Source of the DNA: a virus
Taxonomy: Duplodnaviria; Caudoviricetes
Length of the DNA: 64,000 nt
Strand: one strand, 5' to 3'
IMG/VR virus record: IMGVR_UViG_3300037041_001930
The notes below the pieces were generated by a model. It was given only the letters and a program-made list of their open reading frames with translations. It ran no database searches and had not been told where the DNA came from. The translations under genes were made by a program, and so were the position numbers. Positions 8,583-18,517 of this stretch are shown piece after piece (the stretch's first letter is position 1; each line of letters begins with the position of its first letter).

Positions 8583-9286
8583 GTCGCCCCCTGGAGTTCG
8601 ACACGGACGCGACCACCCCCAAGTGGGTTCACGTTGACTCTGTGGGGGCCATCATGAGGTGACATCGCTATCAAGGAGATGTTCCCCATGCTATCGGGGA
8701 GGACCCCGTTGATGGTCTTAATGGCACGTTGGGCCTCGACTCTGCCGGCGTAGGGGTCGCCAACCCCGGAGACCGAGAACCCAGTCGGTGTTCTTTCTAA
8801 CTGGATACCATCGACACCGACGAGGTAGACGTCACCGGTAAGCGTGGTGCCATCGGGGAGCGTGACCCCGCGGCGCCACGCGGGATCCGAGACCACGACG
8901 ACATGGGGGACCAGGGGAGCCGAGAACACATAGGTCCTCGGGAACCAGGAACGCACGATCTCGGTGGCATCGGGATCCACGATGATGAACCCAGTCGTTA
9001 TACCCTGGGACACCACGGCGACGCGACCACCACCGGTGGCCGGGAACACTGCGGTACCCACGGGATCCCCTGCTGCATCGGTGAACACCGCGGTTATACC
9101 CCGTGATGGACTCACCGTGATTTCACCGAGGACCCCACGAGATGTCGTCGATCTCATGAATAAGGCGGCGTCGAGAATGAAGTCCACGGGGATCCGGTTG
9201 CCCTCGGATTCCGGGGGCTCCGAGGCCTGGAAGGGGTAACTGAGCCCCTTGAGACTGTCTTCCCATTGTTGTCCGTAGATGTTCAT
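8579..9286 (-). CDS. Baseplate/fibre-associated paralogue 4, 235 aa
   Basis: GLSYPF ... IKTINGVLPDSMGNISL; ATGA coupling. Confidence 0.65.
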   Translation of the reverse strand: MNIYGQQWEDSLKGLSYPFQASEPPESEGNRIPVDFILDAALFMRSTTSRGVLGEITVSPSRGITAVFTDAAGDPVGTAVFPATGGGRVAVVSQGITTGFIIVDPDATEIVRSWFPRTYVFSAPLVPHVVVVSDPAWRRGVTLPDGTTLTGDVYLVGVDGIQLERTPTGFSVSGVGDPYAGRVEAQRAIKTINGVLPDSMGNISLIAMSPHDGPHRVNVNPLGGGRVRVELQGAT

Positions 9287-10035
9287 GAGCAGGTGTCCCC
9301 TGGATCCGACAGGAATATCCTGCCGGGGACCCCGGAGTCGACAATGGAGACCACGGGCTCCCCCGGTGTTTTCATAATCGTAATCGCGACGACTTCGAGA
9401 TTACCGTTGAGATCTGGCAGGACTCCATTGATCTCACGAATAGGCGGGGTTCTCAAGGACTCGGCTTCCGCGGAGACCTCACAGGGGTTCAAGGCGAGGA
9501 GCCGGTTCGTCGCGAGGAGCCCGATCTTGGCGACCCTTGTCGTCACAATCGAGGAGTCCTGCAAGCGAACCCGCATGGTCTCCGCAGTGATCTCGACACC
9601 GGCACCGGCGACCAGGGAGACCCGCCCACCCAGGGGGATGCCATGCACGGTAGCCGTGGGATCACTGGATCCCAGCGGATAGACGACCACGCACTCGGGG
9701 AGCACGGCGAAGGTGCCATCAAGACGCAGACGTCGGCGTGAGATCCCGGATCCCAGTGTTATAGTACCGGAGACCCCTGACAACACTGGCTCGAGATCCA
9801 AGGGGGTATGGATGATGTCGGTTGTGTTCTCAACTGTGATATAAGCGATGACTTCGCTTCCCGCGGAGATCACAACACTGACGACCAGTGCGGTCACCGA
9901 GATCGAGGACACAACGACGTCCCCAAAACCCCCGGGGATGTGGAGTAAGAGGTCCACGATGACGTCGTGGTCGAGCCCGCTGGAATCATCGACCAGGGGA
10001 TACGAGATGAGTTCATTGTTATCAAACCAGGTCAT
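9283..10035 (-). CDS. Baseplate/fibre-associated paralogue 3, 250 aa
   Basis: WFDNNELISYPL ... IREINGVLPDLNGNLEV; ATGA coupling. Confidence 0.65.
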   Translation of the reverse strand: MTWFDNNELISYPLVDDSSGLDHDVIVDLLLHIPGGFGDVVVSSISVTALVVSVVISAGSEVIAYITVENTTDIIHTPLDLEPVLSGVSGTITLGSGISRRRLRLDGTFAVLPECVVVYPLGSSDPTATVHGIPLGGRVSLVAGAGVEITAETMRVRLQDSSIVTTRVAKIGLLATNRLLALNPCEVSAEAESLRTPPIREINGVLPDLNGNLEVVAITIMKTPGEPVVSIVDSGVPGRIFLSDPGDTCS

Positions 10036-11345
10036 GGGGTCACCGATGGGGAGCTCAAGAGATCAATAGCGGGGGTGAGATCTTTATCTACGGTTCCCGC
10101 GAGTTCCTGCACGATGGCCCCGTGCATGAAATGTATCTCGGCGTGGAGATGCCAGTGCCCTGTTGTCGGGGATCCGATGACCATGCGCTTGGCCTCCGAG
10201 TTGAGCCCCACACTATCCTGGGCCTCGACATCAACACTGGCGACTCCAGGGAACCCCGTGAAGGCATCAAAGGCGTCACCACCACTCAAGGTGTGCTGGA
10301 CCAGCCATGAGCTCTGCTGGGAGACCAACTGAGCCGCGAGCCCCGCCGGTGTAATCGTCACGGTGAGCTGGACCCTGATCTTGCGCTCCGAGTTATTTAC
10401 CACGGCGAGATAGAGCTGGGTGAAGTACGGCCGGTTTACCACACGCTCCACAATACTGATTGGCCCCGTGGCAGTCGAGATGTCGCCCCTCCCCTCGACC
10501 TCAGCGATTTTCTCATTTGCCTTGGCAACGGCGTGCTGGTATCTATTGAATTGGTTATGGTAGATGGCACCCAGGGACTGGTAGTACGTGGCCTGGTCCT
10601 CAAGTTTGTCTTGGACCACGGCGAGGTCCTCACACTTCACGCAGGGGTCACATGTGTTCTTGATGACCACCCGGTTCGGAAACAGGGGGTCCACGCTGGG
10701 CACGATTCTATAACATGGGCCGGCTTCGATGTGCAGGCTGCCCTGGGAATCCGCGATGGCCTGCCCCAGCGAATACGCGTGATCACATGGGGTCGCCGAG
10801 CAGTCCACGCGATCCTCGGGATCCGAGAATGCGACTTCCACGGAGTCACCTAGACTCTTGAGAGTCGAGTAGTCCTCTAGCCGTAGGACGACGTCACCGG
10901 TGAGACCATGAATCGAGGTGACCCCCTGGAGTCGGCGTGAGCACACCCGTGCCGAGAACTCCACTGGGGCCAATAGGGCTGCGAGCCCCACGACTCCGGA
11001 GGTGCTCACAATCATCCTGATCTGCCCACCGGTGCCCATGGCATCCAGGCTCATGAACCCACCACCGAGATCACTGGAGACCGCGGATAGCGTGTCGATG
11101 AAGACCCCCGATGCCCCGGAAACCCTAATCATGGCAAGACTCAGGGGATCCGGCAACAGGGGGTCATAATTCGGGTTGAAGACTTCGAGGACATAGGGGC
11201 CGTCTTGATCACCGACGACAAGGGCATCGGCGACAACTGAAGTAATCAGGACGTCACTGGGATCGGCGCCAACGCTGATGACCTCCGTGGAATCCACGAA
11301 GGGGTACGCGATGTCTAAATTTGATTCCAGGAATCCTGGGGTCAT
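10032..11345 (-). CDS. Baseplate/fibre-associated paralogue 2, ~437 aa, with a Cys cluster and coiled coil
   Basis: FLESNLDIAYPF ... VTSIHGL ... NTCDPCVKCEDL then a heptad-rich helix; start at the ATGA overlap 11345. Confidence 0.65.
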   Translation of the reverse strand: MTPGFLESNLDIAYPFVDSTEVISVGADPSDVLITSVVADALVVGDQDGPYVLEVFNPNYDPLLPDPLSLAMIRVSGASGVFIDTLSAVSSDLGGGFMSLDAMGTGGQIRMIVSTSGVVGLAALLAPVEFSARVCSRRLQGVTSIHGLTGDVVLRLEDYSTLKSLGDSVEVAFSDPEDRVDCSATPCDHAYSLGQAIADSQGSLHIEAGPCYRIVPSVDPLFPNRVVIKNTCDPCVKCEDLAVVQDKLEDQATYYQSLGAIYHNQFNRYQHAVAKANEKIAEVEGRGDISTATGPISIVERVVNRPYFTQLYLAVVNNSERKIRVQLTVTITPAGLAAQLVSQQSSWLVQHTLSGGDAFDAFTGFPGVASVDVEAQDSVGLNSEAKRMVIGSPTTGHWHLHAEIHFMHGAIVQELAGTVDKDLTPAIDLLSSPSVTP

Positions 11346-12220
11346 TGTTGCAACCACCCCTCGACACCACGCAGGGCGCTCTCGACTTGAGCTTCCTTAT
11401 TCGCGAGGTCGGCGAGGAGCCTGTCGAGGTCTCGGGTCGCCGTGGCCACCGCGGTGATCTCGGCGTCGCCACAGCAGGGTTCTGCGCAGCGATCCGTGAG
11501 TTTGAGCCCATTGGTAATCGTGGAGAGATCCGGGCAGCCCTCGGTAACCACTTCAAGGTTACCATTGATGTCGGGGGTTACCCCGTTGATGCTGCGGATC
11601 GCGGAACGGTTGAGACCACCGGGGTCCTCGCAACCACATGGGTTGATGACAACCCCTGATGTCATCCCGATCGCGATCTCTTGTCCGAGAACTGTCAACT
11701 CAGCATTGGTTCCCGGTGTTATAGTTACATCACCGACGAGACGAACGGTTCTCCCCAGGGCATCTATAACAGTCAGCGAGGTCACCCCGGTTTGCCCAGG
11801 GGCAATCAGGGTTGGGATGATTCGCGTCGCCGCGAGCGTGAACGTGTAATCCAGGATCCCCGCGGCGAGCACCGCTGAGGCCCCGCCGAGGACCACTGTA
11901 CCATTGACGGCATGCCCGACGAGTCCGGTGACAATATAGCTCTGGTATTCCTCTGTGGAAATCGAGGGCACCGCTGTGGTGGCGACATCGACACCATCAC
12001 ATGCAAAGGTGAGGAGTAATCCGGTACCAAAGGCTCGGATTCGAGACAGATAGAACTTCGTGGGATCCAGGGATGCCGCCGCTGACAACCTGAGATCCAC
12101 GATGAGGTCATCGGGGAGCACGAAGCCGCCTTCGACAGCAGCACGTGATGCCGAGTCCAGGAATGGAAAGGCGCGATCCGAGTTGAGATCATACCAGTTC
12201 GGATTCGTGATCGTGGTCAC
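11342..12220 (-). CDS. Baseplate/fibre-associated paralogue 1, 292 aa
   Basis: WYDLNSDRAFPF ... IRSINGVTPDINGNLEV ... CAEPCC then a coiled coil. Confidence 0.65.
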   Translation of the reverse strand: MTTITNPNWYDLNSDRAFPFLDSASRAAVEGGFVLPDDLIVDLRLSAAASLDPTKFYLSRIRAFGTGLLLTFACDGVDVATTAVPSISTEEYQSYIVTGLVGHAVNGTVVLGGASAVLAAGILDYTFTLAATRIIPTLIAPGQTGVTSLTVIDALGRTVRLVGDVTITPGTNAELTVLGQEIAIGMTSGVVINPCGCEDPGGLNRSAIRSINGVTPDINGNLEVVTEGCPDLSTITNGLKLTDRCAEPCCGDAEITAVATATRDLDRLLADLANKEAQVESALRGVEGWLQQ

Positions 12221-12257
12221 TGGGCCCCCAGTCTCGACGTGGAGACAATTTCAGAGA

Positions 12258-14039
12258 TCAGACGAGTTCGTACTCCACTCGGAGTACAGTGAGATTACCG
12301 GAGTAGCCATCGGCGGCATTGCGCGAGAGTCTGACGACAACAGTGGATCCCCCGGGGACCCCGGGAATCGTGAGAGCCTTGGTGACCTCATATTTGCCGA
12401 GTCGGGGTGCTGGGCCAAGATCCGTGTTGGCATCCGTGAATGCCGTTAAGTTGGTCCACCCCGGGATCACCGCGGGGACCGCTGTCGGCGGCACCACTTT
12501 GTAGTCGAGCTGGATCGGGACTCCCGTGGGCAGCGCGGCATCCGAGCTCACGAACACCCAGAACTTGAGGTTGAGCGTGGTCAACACCAGTCCAGGTGGG
12601 ACGAACAGGGTCCACGTCGGCGCTGCGGTGCGCTGGGCCACCAGGGTAACCCCCTGGAGCCCTGAGATGCTTTCGATCTTGGCGTTGTTGAGATCCGCGA
12701 TGTCAGCGTTGCCCTGCGTCAGAATTGTATTGCTCAGCGCAAGGGTGACGTCTCCATAGTACCCTTCGGCTGCGTTGCCTTGGGTTCCCGTGACCACGAT
12801 ACCAGGTGCACCCTTGATCTTGGCGATCACGGAGCCCCTGGTGAATTGTTTGCCCACAATGGTCTTCACGGCCAGTGCGGATGTCGGTATCGCGGGATCC
12901 GGAACCGGGAGGGCTTCTTTCAGAGATTTGATAGCGAGTTGGAGGGTGCCGTCTGTTGCCGGGTTTCCACTGAGGTCCAAGAAAGCCGCGTCGAGCTCAG
13001 ATGCCGGACTCATGCTCAGGGAACGCACGATGCCGCCATCAGTGGCCAACATGATTCTCGAGAACCAGAACTGGATATTCTCTTCGTTGGCGGGGTCGAC
13101 TTGAACATTCTCGGACCATGGAGCCGAGTTCGTGGAATCGTTCTTGTTCTGGGTCCACCAGATCCCGAACTCGTTGACCACGATGCGCCCAATGGGCTGG
13201 AGCTCGGTGCCCCTGACGACAACAAAGGAATCCACGGGGACCGGTGGGAACAGGGATCGCAAGGTAGCATCAGTGGGGTGATCCAGGTTATACCAGAACG
13301 AGGACGCCGCGGTGACCCCTGGGGGCACGTTCACTGCGGGTTGGGTCGTCGCGGGCAGCCAGCCGCGATACGCAGCATTCGGTACCGTGATAGCCCAGAC
13401 CCCCAGGGTTTCCGTGATGTCTGTGGCAACATTGGCAACTGCGGGCAATGGGCTCAACGTGAAATCGTGATGGGTGTGCGAGGCGTAATCTGGGTTGCCG
13501 GCGCGGACATCCATAGCACCCGACGCACTGAGCTGGCCGACGTAGACGCCGAGTCCGCTGGGGGTCAGGGTGAGGAACCCGGCCTGGGTCGATGACAGAT
13601 AGTAGTGCCCGGGTACCGCGAGACCCCCGACGAGATCCCTGGTCTCAATGTGGGCTGCCCATTGGGCTAAAGTGAGTCCGGTGAATCTCCCGGTGACCCC
13701 GATGACTCCATTGGTACCGGCTTCCTGAGCAATCAGGATTCCAGCGAAGAAGCTCTGGGGTAACGCAGGGTTCCCGTTTTCCTGGGAACGCGTCGCCGAG
13801 ATCGCGGGTCGATAAGTATTCGTGGCGCCATCGAGGTAGACTGGGGTACCCACTGTCATCCCGGTTTGCAGGATGGCATCGGGGATCTCGATCATCTGCG
13901 ACGCCGCCAGGGCATCCAGGATCTCCTTGAGATTCTGGGTACGCGAGGCGAGGTCCTGGGATGGCCGATTGGCCACCGCGGCGTTCACGGGCTCGCCGTC
14001 CATGATGAATCGGATGAGTCTGGTGTAAGGTGTCAGCAT
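12258..14039 (-). CDS. Baseplate peripheral / tail-fibre attachment protein, 593 aa
   Basis: N-terminal DGEPVNAAVANRPSQDLASRTQNLK resembles the conserved N-terminus of myophage fibre/baseplate proteins; lies downstream of the wedge genes. Confidence 0.55.
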   Translation of the reverse strand: MLTPYTRLIRFIMDGEPVNAAVANRPSQDLASRTQNLKEILDALAASQMIEIPDAILQTGMTVGTPVYLDGATNTYRPAISATRSQENGNPALPQSFFAGILIAQEAGTNGVIGVTGRFTGLTLAQWAAHIETRDLVGGLAVPGHYYLSSTQAGFLTLTPSGLGVYVGQLSASGAMDVRAGNPDYASHTHHDFTLSPLPAVANVATDITETLGVWAITVPNAAYRGWLPATTQPAVNVPPGVTAASSFWYNLDHPTDATLRSLFPPVPVDSFVVVRGTELQPIGRIVVNEFGIWWTQNKNDSTNSAPWSENVQVDPANEENIQFWFSRIMLATDGGIVRSLSMSPASELDAAFLDLSGNPATDGTLQLAIKSLKEALPVPDPAIPTSALAVKTIVGKQFTRGSVIAKIKGAPGIVVTGTQGNAAEGYYGDVTLALSNTILTQGNADIADLNNAKIESISGLQGVTLVAQRTAAPTWTLFVPPGLVLTTLNLKFWVFVSSDAALPTGVPIQLDYKVVPPTAVPAVIPGWTNLTAFTDANTDLGPAPRLGKYEVTKALTIPGVPGGSTVVVRLSRNAADGYSGNLTVLRVEYELV

Positions 14040-14040
14040 T

Positions 14041-14598
14041 TTATGTCGCCTCGGTCATCCAGGTTGCCGCGACTTGGCCGGAGCTGCCAACGTCGAGAGG
14101 TGTGGCCAGTTTGAATCTGGCATAGACGAGGTCGTCTGCGATTGTGGTCCCCGGACCAGGGGAGGCCACGAGACACAGGGCGAAGATGGTGGATCCCGCG
14201 GCAGCCGAGAAGGCAAGACCATTGATCTCGCCTACGCTGCCCTGGGAGAGCGCGTGGTAGGTGCCTCGGTTATTCGTGTACTTGAGGACGTCTGAGGGGG
14301 CCAGGATGGGCTGGGCGACCAGAGGGCCTCGGATGATGTCCCGGGTACCCACGGCGGCGGCGCGTACCGAGGCCGAGGTGTCACTGCGCGCCGGAGTCGG
14401 ACTCGCGGGGCCCGCGTTGTCGAACTCAAACCACATCCGGGATAGCCGGAAGTTGAAGTCGCCGGCGAGGAGGTGTGATACGACGTCAGCGCCTTGGTAG
14501 GTCACCAGATTCAAACCGATTACCCCGTTACCGGGGTCCTCAGGGCGCCACACCCTGACTTGGCTTCGGAAACCTGTGAGATCGAGAGATGACTTCAT
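14041..14598 (-). CDS. Baseplate-associated protein (tail-collar-like), ~185 aa
   Basis: ATGA-coupled start at 14598; lies between wedge and fibre genes. Confidence 0.45.
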   Translation of the reverse strand: MKSSLDLTGFRSQVRVWRPEDPGNGVIGLNLVTYQGADVVSHLLAGDFNFRLSRMWFEFDNAGPASPTPARSDTSASVRAAAVGTRDIIRGPLVAQPILAPSDVLKYTNNRGTYHALSQGSVGEINGLAFSAAAGSTIFALCLVASPGPGTTIADDLVYARFKLATPLDVGSSGQVAATWMTEAT

Positions 14599-16082
14599 GC
14601 GTTCCACACTTTCGGCTCATAGTCGGTGGTTGTAATTGAATCGTTGCCCACAGCCATCCCTGCAGTGATTCCAACGGAGTCCTGGGAACCCCCAGCACTC
14701 GCTGAAACCTGTTCAGGACTCCCGATTTCTGCCATGGAAAGGCTATCCTCAACGGGGTCCAGGGCAATCTGGGTGATAACCAGGACTCCCGCGGGGAGTA
14801 ATGATTTTATTCTACCCAGGAATCCGGTTTCACGAGTCAGGAAGTCCTGTGGTTTGACTTCAATGAAAATGAGACTGCTGCCCAGGATATTGGCGAGCAT
14901 GAACTCCAGGGGGTTCACGGCGACACTGGCGTCAACGAAATCCGCGAGGGGTTTACCGGTGTTGACTCCCCTGGCGTGGACGCGGTCCCAGAACTCGGAG
15001 ACATCACGATCACTGCCGAGGACCTCAAAGCGGACTTCGGGTTCACCATCGCGGATTCCAAGCACGCTCCAGGATCCCGTGCGATTCGGGATCACCACGG
15101 TTCCCGTGATATCTGCGAGTTCGGGGCTCAGGACAAGCCCATTGATATGGGAGATGTTATCCGGGCGGCCATCGCTGAAATCAGTGACCACCACGGTATC
15201 GAAAACAAAGTCACCTGGTTTCAAGTGGTCGCCAACACTGACCAGTGGGATCGCCTTGGCGTGACCACGATACACCGTCTTATCCGTGACGACGACGAGA
15301 CCGTCGATGTCGAGTTCGACGACTTCGACGGTCTCAGGGGACTCCACGTATTTGAGACCAGCTGAGGCTAGAAGCCCGCGTTCCAGGGCTTCAACACTGG
15401 GGCCCTGGAGAAGCATGGACCACGTGGCCTCCACGGTGTCGATGTAGGCCTGTGAGGAGTCTCCCCCGATGTTGACCACGGAGCCGTACCGCAGGAACGG
15501 GGTGCGCTCATCGATCTCGATGTCGCGCATCCAGAGCTTCAACCTGCGATCCTGACGGGTGGCCCCCTGGGTATCCGTGTAAGTCTTCGGGGTTCCATCT
15601 GCGTTGTACAGGAGTTCAGCGGTCACCACATTAAACGGGTTCTCTCGGAATCGAAGGACTCCGGCGCTGGCATCGAATACGAAGTTCGTGATATCCCAGA
15701 TGTAAGCAGGGGCCACGATACGATCCGTGATGATGCCAAGACTCCTGAGCTGAGATGGAGCCGGCCACGCAAAACTCGCGGTTTCGGTTTGACCATAGAC
15801 AAAGCTGCCATCAAACCTGCGGCCTTCGGCACCGAAGACGATGATGTTGGGTTCCACGGTGAGCCCGGACTCCAGGAGCTCGAGAAGCCCCCACTGCCGG
15901 GTCAGGAATGGCTGTATCGTGTGGATCGAGATCGCGGCGTTGAGATCCACGTTCCTCAGATTGACGTCTTCTTCGACCATGAGTTCCGCGAAGGTCTCCA
16001 GGGCGAGGAGATCGGCATCGCTGAGTTGGCGCTGCCAGAACTCACCCAAGGCATAGAACAATGCCTTGGAGTCCGTGGTCAT
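14595..16082 (-). CDS. Baseplate wedge protein (P2 gpI / T4 gp7-like position), ~495 aa
   Basis: Directly follows baseplate J; called mainly from synteny. Confidence 0.5.
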   Translation of the reverse strand: MTTDSKALFYALGEFWQRQLSDADLLALETFAELMVEEDVNLRNVDLNAAISIHTIQPFLTRQWGLLELLESGLTVEPNIIVFGAEGRRFDGSFVYGQTETASFAWPAPSQLRSLGIITDRIVAPAYIWDITNFVFDASAGVLRFRENPFNVVTAELLYNADGTPKTYTDTQGATRQDRRLKLWMRDIEIDERTPFLRYGSVVNIGGDSSQAYIDTVEATWSMLLQGPSVEALERGLLASAGLKYVESPETVEVVELDIDGLVVVTDKTVYRGHAKAIPLVSVGDHLKPGDFVFDTVVVTDFSDGRPDNISHINGLVLSPELADITGTVVIPNRTGSWSVLGIRDGEPEVRFEVLGSDRDVSEFWDRVHARGVNTGKPLADFVDASVAVNPLEFMLANILGSSLIFIEVKPQDFLTRETGFLGRIKSLLPAGVLVITQIALDPVEDSLSMAEIGSPEQVSASAGGSQDSVGITAGMAVGNDSITTTDYEPKVWNA

Positions 16083-16101
16083 CGTGGCTCGAAGACTGGG
16101 G

Positions 16102-17703
16102 CTATCGGGAAACAATGGTGACCCCCACGTTTGCCGGTGGGCACGTAAAGAAGGTGTTCAGGGGCGAGAACCCCTTGAGGTAGTCAGTGGGAATCGTGAT
16201 GAAGGAAGCATTGGCGAGGACCACATTGGTGAGGTCCGGGGCCAGGATGGTTGCATTGAGGACGACATCGGCGACTTCGCCCGAGGCGATCAACGGGGAC
16301 ACCGCGGTGTAAATCGTGTAGGGGCTGAGACGAGTGACCCCGAAGTTCAGGGCGTTGATCGCATTGGATACTGCGGTCTGGACCTCAGCGATGACGGGGT
16401 AGACACCGCCTGGCGGGATCTGGATTTCCAGGGAGACCCCGATCATGCAGGGGATTCCAGCACGCACGTAGACATCGGTTCCCGAGGGTCGCACACCAAG
16501 GGAGTACGCATAGTTTCCTACGGCATCAATCGACGGCATGTATAACACGTCGACGTCATACTCAGCCGAGGACCCCGCGGGGACATCAGTGTTCAACGTG
16601 GTATCCGTGAAGACAACTCGGAGATCAACGATGCCACTATAATTGAGATCTGATGTCTTCAGGGTTGTCGGTGTAAACAAGAGATCCTGGCGCTTCAGGG
16701 GAACCACGCTGACAGGAGCGTCGCCTTGGGCACCCGGGGTATTGATGGGTCGAATGAACTGGACCCGATAGATGCCCGCGGAATCCGGGTTCGAGATCGT
16801 GAAGGCGCGCTGACGCCCCGTGGTCGCCGCGGTTGCCGTGACCCTCAGAGTCTTCTGCACCGGGAACGCCGAGGTCTTGCACCAGATGTCTTCCTTGGCG
16901 CCCTGGGAGGTCCCGAAGACGTTGCCACGATCACGGGTCATCAGCCCACTGCCGATACCGATGACTGCGGTCTTGATACCGGCGAACTGGGCGTTCAGGG
17001 CGGCCTGGATGTGGTCGGGGCCTCCAAAGGTCTTCGCGGTGACACCGTCTTGGGCACGTGCCAGGAGTTCAGCAGTGGTCTCGGTGTCCTGGCCACCCGT
17101 GAAATCCGTGGCCGCCATCGCGGTTTCCATGCCATCAATGGGGGCAGTGATAGTCAACGCGGTGCCCGCACTGATGAGCCCCGCGCTACCCGAAGTCGTC
17201 GCGGTCACGGGAACCGTGAACTCGTATTTGCCATCGGCACGTGGGATCAGGATCTTCTGTGTCGAGGTCTCGGCGACCCCACTGCCGGCGCGGAGGACAC
17301 GGATGAAGTCAGCGGTCTGGTAGGTGACCCCGTTGGCCCCAAACATGTAACCCTGGGGGATCACATAAGTCGTGTTCAAGTTGACGACGATGCGCACGGG
17401 CCCCGACGCCGGCGAGGCCTGGCGTCGTGTGATGTAATAGTTTGAGATCAGGGAATCCACTTTGGTGTCGTCGACATCCACCAAGTTGTCGGCGATGGCC
17501 TGCAGGGAGAACGACTTGTTCAGGGCATCAAAGTTGGCGTCGTGGACCGCGGCCATCTGGGCCTCGTTCTCGACGACGAGACCGGAGATCGCGGACCCAT
17601 CAGCGAGATCCAGGGTGGGATCGCGTTCGATGAGAACCGCCTTCACGAACTCCTTGGCGGACTGATAGGTTTCAGCAGAGATTGGCGCGGTTAAAACGGT
17701 CAT
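16102..17703 (-). CDS. Baseplate J-like wedge protein (T4 gp6 / P2 gpJ family), 533 aa
   Basis: DPTLDLADGSAISGLVV and TDFTGGQDTETTAELLARA are typical baseplate-J motifs. Confidence 0.85.
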   Translation of the reverse strand: MTVLTAPISAETYQSAKEFVKAVLIERDPTLDLADGSAISGLVVENEAQMAAVHDANFDALNKSFSLQAIADNLVDVDDTKVDSLISNYYITRRQASPASGPVRIVVNLNTTYVIPQGYMFGANGVTYQTADFIRVLRAGSGVAETSTQKILIPRADGKYEFTVPVTATTSGSAGLISAGTALTITAPIDGMETAMAATDFTGGQDTETTAELLARAQDGVTAKTFGGPDHIQAALNAQFAGIKTAVIGIGSGLMTRDRGNVFGTSQGAKEDIWCKTSAFPVQKTLRVTATAATTGRQRAFTISNPDSAGIYRVQFIRPINTPGAQGDAPVSVVPLKRQDLLFTPTTLKTSDLNYSGIVDLRVVFTDTTLNTDVPAGSSAEYDVDVLYMPSIDAVGNYAYSLGVRPSGTDVYVRAGIPCMIGVSLEIQIPPGGVYPVIAEVQTAVSNAINALNFGVTRLSPYTIYTAVSPLIASGEVADVVLNATILAPDLTNVVLANASFITIPTDYLKGFSPLNTFFTCPPANVGVTIVSR

Positions 17704-18107
17704 GGGACCCTCTCCAACGGGAAGGAGATGATGACATCTCCATTTTGAGTCACGAGTCTGACAACCAGTTTCGTCGTGTAGTCTGGGTTTACGGTGGCTG
17801 AATCGAGGACGGCACGCACGATCTGCTCGGAGTCCGGGTACCCGGATTGGTCCCCGAGCTGCCTGACGACCTCGGATGCCGCCAGCGCGAATTGTTGACG
17901 TAGTTTAGCCGTGGTGAGAAGTCGGCCAGTGCGATACAGCCGCGGGAAATCGGTACCGCGATCCCGGGTGGCATTGAAGTCGGAGAAGAAGATGGATGCA
18001 AATCTCGTGATGAGTTTTGGGGAGTTCTCGAGAGCACGTCCCGGGGATGCCCAGGCCACCTGGGTAGCCGCGCCTTGCTCTCTGAAAATGGCGAGATCCG
18101 TGGTCAT
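17700..18107 (-). CDS. gp25/gpW-like baseplate wedge (sheath initiator), 135 aa
   Basis: Size, position just upstream of J, and a C-terminal beta pattern (LVVRLVTQNGDVIISF). Confidence 0.65.
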   Translation of the reverse strand: MTTDLAIFREQGAATQVAWASPGRALENSPKLITRFASIFFSDFNATRDRGTDFPRLYRTGRLLTTAKLRQQFALAASEVVRQLGDQSGYPDSEQIVRAVLDSATVNPDYTTKLVVRLVTQNGDVIISFPLERVP

Positions 18108-18517
18108 ACCGTGGCTTCTTCAGTGGTCTTCGGTGGGATGCCCTCGGGGACATCGTTGTTGAGGATGAGAGTCTCGAGTTGGAGGTCCCTGCGGGTGCCA
18201 TCTTCGAGCTCACCCCGGAGTCTCGCAAGGGCATCAGCCCTGGACACCCTGGCCACCGCAGATGTTCTCTTCGCCGCCTCGAGGAGGTAGAGCTGGGGGT
18301 ACGCCCCCAAGGGGTAGTCTACCTTGGTGCCCTGTCCGAGTACCGTGTAGGCCTCCCAGAGTTCGGCCTGGATCCCTGATGGATCCGGGTCCACACCTGG
18401 GGGCTCCACGAACTCCCCGGTTTCGAGACCCTGACGTATGGTTTCCAGAGAAGCCCGTCTTGCGGTCTTCCAGGCCTCGAAGTCTTTGTGGATCCCGCGA
18501 ATCTTGGGTTCAGCCAT
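18104..18517 (-). CDS. Hypothetical protein, 137 aa
   Basis: Start MAEPK at 18517 overlaps the sigma-factor stop; its own stop forms an ATGA overlap with the next gene. Confidence 0.65.
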   Translation of the reverse strand: MAEPKIRGIHKDFEAWKTARRASLETIRQGLETGEFVEPPGVDPDPSGIQAELWEAYTVLGQGTKVDYPLGAYPQLYLLEAAKRTSAVARVSRADALARLRGELEDGTRRDLQLETLILNNDVPEGIPPKTTEEATV

